Shown here: positions 59,972-64,000 of the stretch, in pieces | How the letters are laid out: every line of letters begins with the position of its first letter | Numbering within the stretch: position 1 is the first letter of the stretch | Assembly (NCBI GenBank): GCA_963751455.1 | Contig: CAVVUN010000003.1 | Coordinates: 288,001 to 352,000 of the forward strand | Length of the DNA: 64,000 nucleotides | Origin: Nitrospirota bacterium | GTDB taxonomy: Bacteria > Nitrospirota > UBA9217 | Direction: 5' to 3' | Position numbers and translations under genes: made by a program | Notes under the pieces: model-generated | The model's input: the letters and a program-made list of their open reading frames with translations, nothing else | Told to the model about the DNA's origin: nothing | Databases searched by the model: none

Positions 59972-60794
59972 AGGCCTCGGCGCGCTCATACCTGATCTGT
60001 CCGCACTCGATGATAAGGAGCGTAAAGCGCTCGGCATCTCCGAGATCGAGCTGGATAAGATCATCCCGAACGAATACCAGCCCCGCAAGGTCTTCGACGA
60101 TGAAAAGCTGAAAGAGCTCGCGGCCTCGATAAAAGAACAGGGCGTCATCCAGCCGATCATCGTTCACCGGTCGGGAAGCGGATACCAGTTGATCGCGGGA
60201 GAACGCCGGTGGCGCGCATCGCGCATAGCCGGACTCAAAACGATTCCCGCGCTCATTAAGGAAGCAACAAAACGAGAGCTCCTCGAGATGGCGCTGATCG
60301 AAAATATCCAGCGCGAAGACCTGAATCCCCTGGAAGCGGCCGAAGCATATAAGAGACTGCAGGACGAGTTCAAACTTACACAGGACGATCTTGCGAAGCG
60401 GGTCGGCAAAGAACGCTCAACGGTGACCAACTTTCTTCGGCTTCTCAATCTTCCGAAAGAAGTAAAGCATGAGCTTGCAATCGGCAGCCTCAGCATGGGC
60501 CATGCAAAGGCGCTGCTGTCCCTCGAGCGCGTTCGCGACCAGATACAGGCTTCAGTCATGATCGTTAAGAAGGGGCTCTCCGTGCGCGAGGCGGAAGCGC
60601 TTACCACAAGGCTCAAAAACCCGCCCAAGGAGAAGAAGGCGCGGCTGGGCCACGAACTCAAGGCCGTGGAGGAAAAACTTAAAAAGGCGCTCGGCACCAA
60701 AGTCAGCATAGCTTCCAAATCAAAAGGCGGCAGGATCGTGATCGAGTATTATTCGAATGAGGAGCTGGACAGGATACTGGAAAAGATAATTTAA
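59949..60794 (+). CDS. parB: chromosome partitioning protein ParB/Spo0J
   Basis: LGKGLGALI, QPRK.F, AGERRWRA, ENIQREDL; HTH. Confidence 0.96.
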   Translation: MQKQALGKGLGALIPDLSALDDKERKALGISEIELDKIIPNEYQPRKVFDDEKLKELAASIKEQGVIQPIIVHRSGSGYQLIAGERRWRASRIAGLKTIPALIKEATKRELLEMALIENIQREDLNPLEAAEAYKRLQDEFKLTQDDLAKRVGKERSTVTNFLRLLNLPKEVKHELAIGSLSMGHAKALLSLERVRDQIQASVMIVKKGLSVREAEALTTRLKNPPKEKKARLGHELKAVEEKLKKALGTKVSIASKSKGGRIVIEYYSNEELDRILEKII

Positions 60795-60809
60795 AACAAA
60801 AGAATATTT

Positions 60810-60891
60810 GGACGCGGATGAACGCGGAAAAAACGGATTAAATAAAATTGCTGTCATTGTAATCTGCGTGTATCTGCGAAAATCTGCGTCC
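60810..60891. repeat. palindromic repeat (family of 52094..52183)
   Basis: GGACGCGGATGAACGCGG ... ATCTGCGTGTATCTGCGAAAATCTGCGTCC. Confidence 0.65.
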
Positions 60892-60928
60892 CGAAATTTT
60901 AAACATAATTTATGAGGAGGGTTTATAA

Positions 60929-61321
60929 ATGCTAAAAAAAGGTTCAGGCACGCCGGAGCAGGCCGAGATCACGGCATTTCTGGGCAAAGGCACGGAATTC
61001 AAGGGTGTGCTCAGCTTCGAGGGTACTATCCGGGTGGACGGGAAGGTAGAAGGAGAAGTCGTTTCGAAGGACACCTTGATAGCGGGAGACGGCGCGTTTC
61101 TCCAGGGAGAGATAACGGTCGGTACGATCATCAGCAGCGGCAAGGTCGTCGGCAACATCAACGCATCTCAGAAAGTTCATCTCCTCGCGCCCGGCAATAT
61201 CCAGGGCAATATCAAAACGCCTAAACTCATTATCGAGGAAGGCGTGGTTTTCGACGGCAAGTGCGAAATGGCTGCAGAGAAGAAAAGTTCAGAGCAGAAG
61301 GTGGTGTCGCTTACGAAATAG
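60929..61321 (+). CDS. bactofilin (polymer-forming cytoskeletal protein)
   Basis: LGKGTEFKG...IRVDGKVEG...IEEGVVFDGKCEM. Confidence 0.92.
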   Translation: MLKKGSGTPEQAEITAFLGKGTEFKGVLSFEGTIRVDGKVEGEVVSKDTLIAGDGAFLQGEITVGTIISSGKVVGNINASQKVHLLAPGNIQGNIKTPKLIIEEGVVFDGKCEMAAEKKSSEQKVVSLTK

Positions 61322-61358
61322 AATGACGCTTTCATTATCATGTAGATTGATAAATCTG

Positions 61359-61388
61359 TTGACGAATGTAGATTTTTCATGTTAAACT
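61359..61388 (+). promoter_or_regulatory. sigma70 promoter of the TA pair
   Basis: TTGACG-N18-TAAACT with extended TG. Confidence 0.5.
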
Positions 61389-61417
61389 TAGTTAGGTAAG
61401 ATTTATAAGGAGTTAAC

Positions 61418-61666
61418 ATGAAAACAACTGTATCTACAAGAGGACAAGTTTCAATTCCAGTGGAACTTCGAAAAAAGTTCAACATCGAGCCCGAAACACA
61501 GCTGGAATGGATCGAAGAGGGCAATGCCATCAAGATCATCCCTCTGCCGAAAGATCCAATCAAGGCATTCCGGGGAGCAGGGCGCGGACGGTATACCTCC
61601 GAAAAGCTGATAAAGGACCGGAAGAAAGAACGCCTGGAGGAAGATGCCCGTGACCGAAACACCTGA
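61418..61666 (+). CDS. AbrB/MazE-type antitoxin
   Basis: VSTRGQVSIPVELRKKFNI; AAGGAG RBS. Confidence 0.88.
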   Translation: MKTTVSTRGQVSIPVELRKKFNIEPETQLEWIEEGNAIKIIPLPKDPIKAFRGAGRGRYTSEKLIKDRKKERLEEDARDRNT

Positions 61667-62072
61667 GTCCGTCGTCCTTGACACCTCAGCGATACTTGCG
61701 TTATGGAACGAAGAAGACGAAGCCTCTACGGTCGAAAAGATCCTCCGCGACAGGCCGCACAATCGAAAAATATTTATCTCCTTTATGACTTTCATGGAAT
61801 GCCGGTACCGTGTGTGGAAAGACCACGGCCGGAGCGCCGCCGATGAACTCTTCAGGTCCCTCAGCCTCCTTCCTGTTACCCGCGTTGACGTCGACGATAC
61901 GCTGCTCATGATGGCATCAGAACTCAAAGCGCAGCACAAAATCTCTGTCGCAAACAGTTGGATTATTGCTACGGCGATTACGCGCAACGCGACGCTCGTT
62001 CATAAAGATCCCGAATTTGAAGCCCTGTCGGATATCGTTACTATGAAGATTCTTCCGTACAAGAAAAAATAA
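61644..62072 (+). CDS. VapC/PIN-domain toxin
   Basis: VLDTSA, FMEC, LVHKDPEF; overlaps the antitoxin. Confidence 0.88.
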   Translation: MPVTETPESVVLDTSAILALWNEEDEASTVEKILRDRPHNRKIFISFMTFMECRYRVWKDHGRSAADELFRSLSLLPVTRVDVDDTLLMMASELKAQHKISVANSWIIATAITRNATLVHKDPEFEALSDIVTMKILPYKKK

Positions 62073-62231
62073 CTCTTTTGTGAATGTTGCCGGCCGGCTA
62101 ATATTCCTTTGTTGTATGTTAACGAAGTCAGATTAATAATTGTTATGCGGGGGACTAACATTCAAAATTCGGTGGTAGTGGTACGGTTCCGTTCAGATAA
62201 TAACTGTTAACACAGAATTTGACAAAAGCGC

Positions 62232-62262
62232 GTAGGTCGGGTAGAGCAAAGCGAAACCCGAC
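62232..62262 (+). repeat. GTAG-family REP, left
   Basis: GTAG-GTCGGGT-AGAGCAAAGCGAA-ACCCGAC. Confidence 0.85.
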
Positions 62263-62300
62263 AGATTTTCAAGGATGATTAATAATTCCTCAAAGGAACC

Positions 62301-62843
62301 ATGCGATACAGGAGATCGCGAGCAAAAGGGGCGACATTCTTTTTTACCGTTGTGACGCACAATCGACGCCCTATCCTCTGCCAAGAATGCAATATTGCGT
62401 TGCTTCGCGAAGCATTTGCAGATGTCATTTCACGGCATCCATTTACTTTTGACGCATTTGTTCTTCTGCCCGATCGCTTGCATTGCATGTGGACCTTGCC
62501 GGAAAATGACAATGACTTCTCAAACCGTTGGCGGCAGATCAAAAGCCATTTCAGCAGGAACTGCCGGGATGAATTTAAGGGTCGCGTAACGATCGGTCAT
62601 AAGAACAAGTGCGAACAGGCTGTGTGGCAGCGACGCTTTTGGGAACATCAAATCAGGGACGACAACGACTTTATCCGACATGTCGAGTATATACACTACA
62701 ATCCTGTAAAGCACGGCTTGGTGAAGGCTCCGGCTGCTTGGCCACACTCGACTTTTCATCGCTATGTAAAGCAGGGTATCTATCACAGCGATTGGGGCGC
62801 GGGTAAAGAGATTGTATTCGATCAAGGCGTCGGAAACGAATAA
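62301..62843 (+). CDS. REP-associated tyrosine transposase (RAYT), HUH motif altered
   Basis: FFFTVVT, LPDRLHCMWTLP, VWQRRFWEHQIRD, YIHYNPVKHG. Confidence 0.9.
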   Translation: MRYRRSRAKGATFFFTVVTHNRRPILCQECNIALLREAFADVISRHPFTFDAFVLLPDRLHCMWTLPENDNDFSNRWRQIKSHFSRNCRDEFKGRVTIGHKNKCEQAVWQRRFWEHQIRDDNDFIRHVEYIHYNPVKHGLVKAPAAWPHSTFHRYVKQGIYHSDWGAGKEIVFDQGVGNE

Positions 62844-62847
62844 AAAT

Positions 62848-62879
62848 GTCGGGTTTCGCATTCGCTCTACCCGACCTAC
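62848..62879 (-). repeat. GTAG-family REP, right (inverted)
   Basis: GTCGGGTTTCGCATTCGCTCTACCCGACCTAC. Confidence 0.85.
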
Positions 62880-62929
62880 GAGCTGCTTACCAAACGTTGA
62901 ATAAAAATTTGAACGAAGGTAATTCATAC

Positions 62930-64000
62930 ATGAACATTTTCCATCTTCACCGCACGCCCGCGCTCTCCGCGTACCAGACTACGAGCCTGCTGCAGGCCGC
63001 ACAGGAAAAAGTCTCTCACGCTATCCACGGGATTTCGACCGAGTTCTGCTTCAACGTCGCCGCAGACAATCCTCTTACCCCCGATGAGATGCGCCTGCTC
63101 CGCTGGCTCCTGGCAGAGACCTTCGAACCGGAACAGTTTGCGGATAAAAGTTTCTTAAATCCTCCCATTCCCCCCTTTGTAAAAGGGGGGTCAGGGGGGG
63201 ATTTGCCGCACGTGATTTTCGAGGTCGGTCCCCGCATGAACTTCACCACTGCCTGGTCCACGAACGCTGTCTCGGTCTGCCATGCCTGCGGGCTTAAGAA
63301 AATTTCCCGTATTGAACGGTCCCGCCGTTATATGCTTCTGATTCAGGATTCAGCATCAATCAGCCGCGAACACGAGACCGCCTTTCTCTCACTCGTGCAT
63401 GACCGTATGACGGAATGCCGCTATCCCGAGCCGCTCACAACCTTTGCAACCGGCATTAAAGCTGAACCAACTCGCATCATTCCGCTGATGGAGCAGGGCA
63501 GGGCAGCGCTCGAGAAAATCAACCGCGAAATGGGCCTGGGGATGGACGACTGGGACCTCGACTACTACACGAACCTCTTCGTAAAAGACATCAAGCGAAA
63601 CCCGACGAACGTCGAGTGCTTCGACCTTTCCCAGTCCAACAGCGAGCACTCACGCCATTGGTTCTTCCGCGGCAGGCTTGTCATCGACGGGAAAGCGGTT
63701 CCCGAAAACCTGATGAAGATCGTGAAGGCAACCTACGAGGCGAACAGGAACAACAGCGTGATCGCCTTCAGCGATAATTCGAGCGCGATTACCGGATATG
63801 ACATCACAACCATTATCCCGCGGCTTATCGGAAAACCTTCGCCCTTCGAAGCCACAAAACGGAAATATCATATAATCTTCACGGCGGAAACGCACAATTT
63901 CCCGTCAGGCGTGGCGCCCTTCCCCGGGGCCGAAACCGGAACGGGCGGTCGCATCCGCGATGTCCAGGCAACCGGGACCGGCGGTCTTGTTGTCGCGGGC
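62930..64000 (+). CDS. purL: phosphoribosylformylglycinamidine synthase, large form (5' part; runs off the window)
   Basis: EVGPRMNFTTAWSTNA, RIERSRR, HDRMTE, QSNSEHSRHWFF, AETHNFP, GAETGTGGRIRD. Confidence 0.95.
   Translation, partial: MNIFHLHRTPALSAYQTTSLLQAAQEKVSHAIHGISTEFCFNVAADNPLTPDEMRLLRWLLAETFEPEQFADKSFLNPPIPPFVKGGSGGDLPHVIFEVGPRMNFTTAWSTNAVSVCHACGLKKISRIERSRRYMLLIQDSASISREHETAFLSLVHDRMTECRYPEPLTTFATGIKAEPTRIIPLMEQGRAALEKINREMGLGMDDWDLDYYTNLFVKDIKRNPTNVECFDLSQSNSEHSRHWFFRGRLVIDGKAVPENLMKIVKATYEANRNNSVIAFSDNSSAITGYDITTIIPRLIGKPSPFEATKRKYHIIFTAETHNFPSGVAPFPGAETGTGGRIRDVQATGTGGLVVAG
63157..63204. repeat. palindromic repeat inserted in frame in purL
   Basis: AAATCCTCCC..CCCCCCTTT-GTA-AAAGGGGGG..GGGGGGATTT, read as NPPIPPFVKGGSGGDL. 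Confidence 0.75.

Noticed and set aside
50506-62300. oriC within the window
   Set aside because: No DnaA-box cluster or dnaA gene was noticed; parS/parAB indicate proximity only

Overview
Bacterial chromosomal window, probably from an anaerobic Nitrospirota- or Desulfobacterota-like organism (inferred from gene content and repeat families). The right end is the origin-proximal core cluster: pgi, mnmE, mnmG, rsmG, a Clp1-like kinase, hcp flanked by two perfect parS sites, parA, parB, bactofilin and the 5' part of purL. The left and middle parts are accessory. The best candidate for a new system is a radical SAM/SPASM gene translationally coupled to two paralogous Tat-exported Ig-like lipoproteins. 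Both carry a Tyr-Gly motif at or just after the lipidated Cys, which suggests splicease-type backbone modification of surface lipoproteins; an outer-membrane-type protein and a beta-propeller lipoprotein follow. Several features are not visible in the ORF track: a UGA-recoded DsbA/FrnE selenoprotein with a SECIS-like hairpin, a 3-copy covarying structured element, an attC-bearing cassette remnant with FRG and AbiJ-like genes, an in-frame palindrome in purL, an ArsR operator pair, nested MITEs, a group II intron stump cut by IS1380, three toxin-antitoxin modules and a REP-flanked RAYT with a mutated HUH motif. Family names come from motif recognition by eye, not from database searches.
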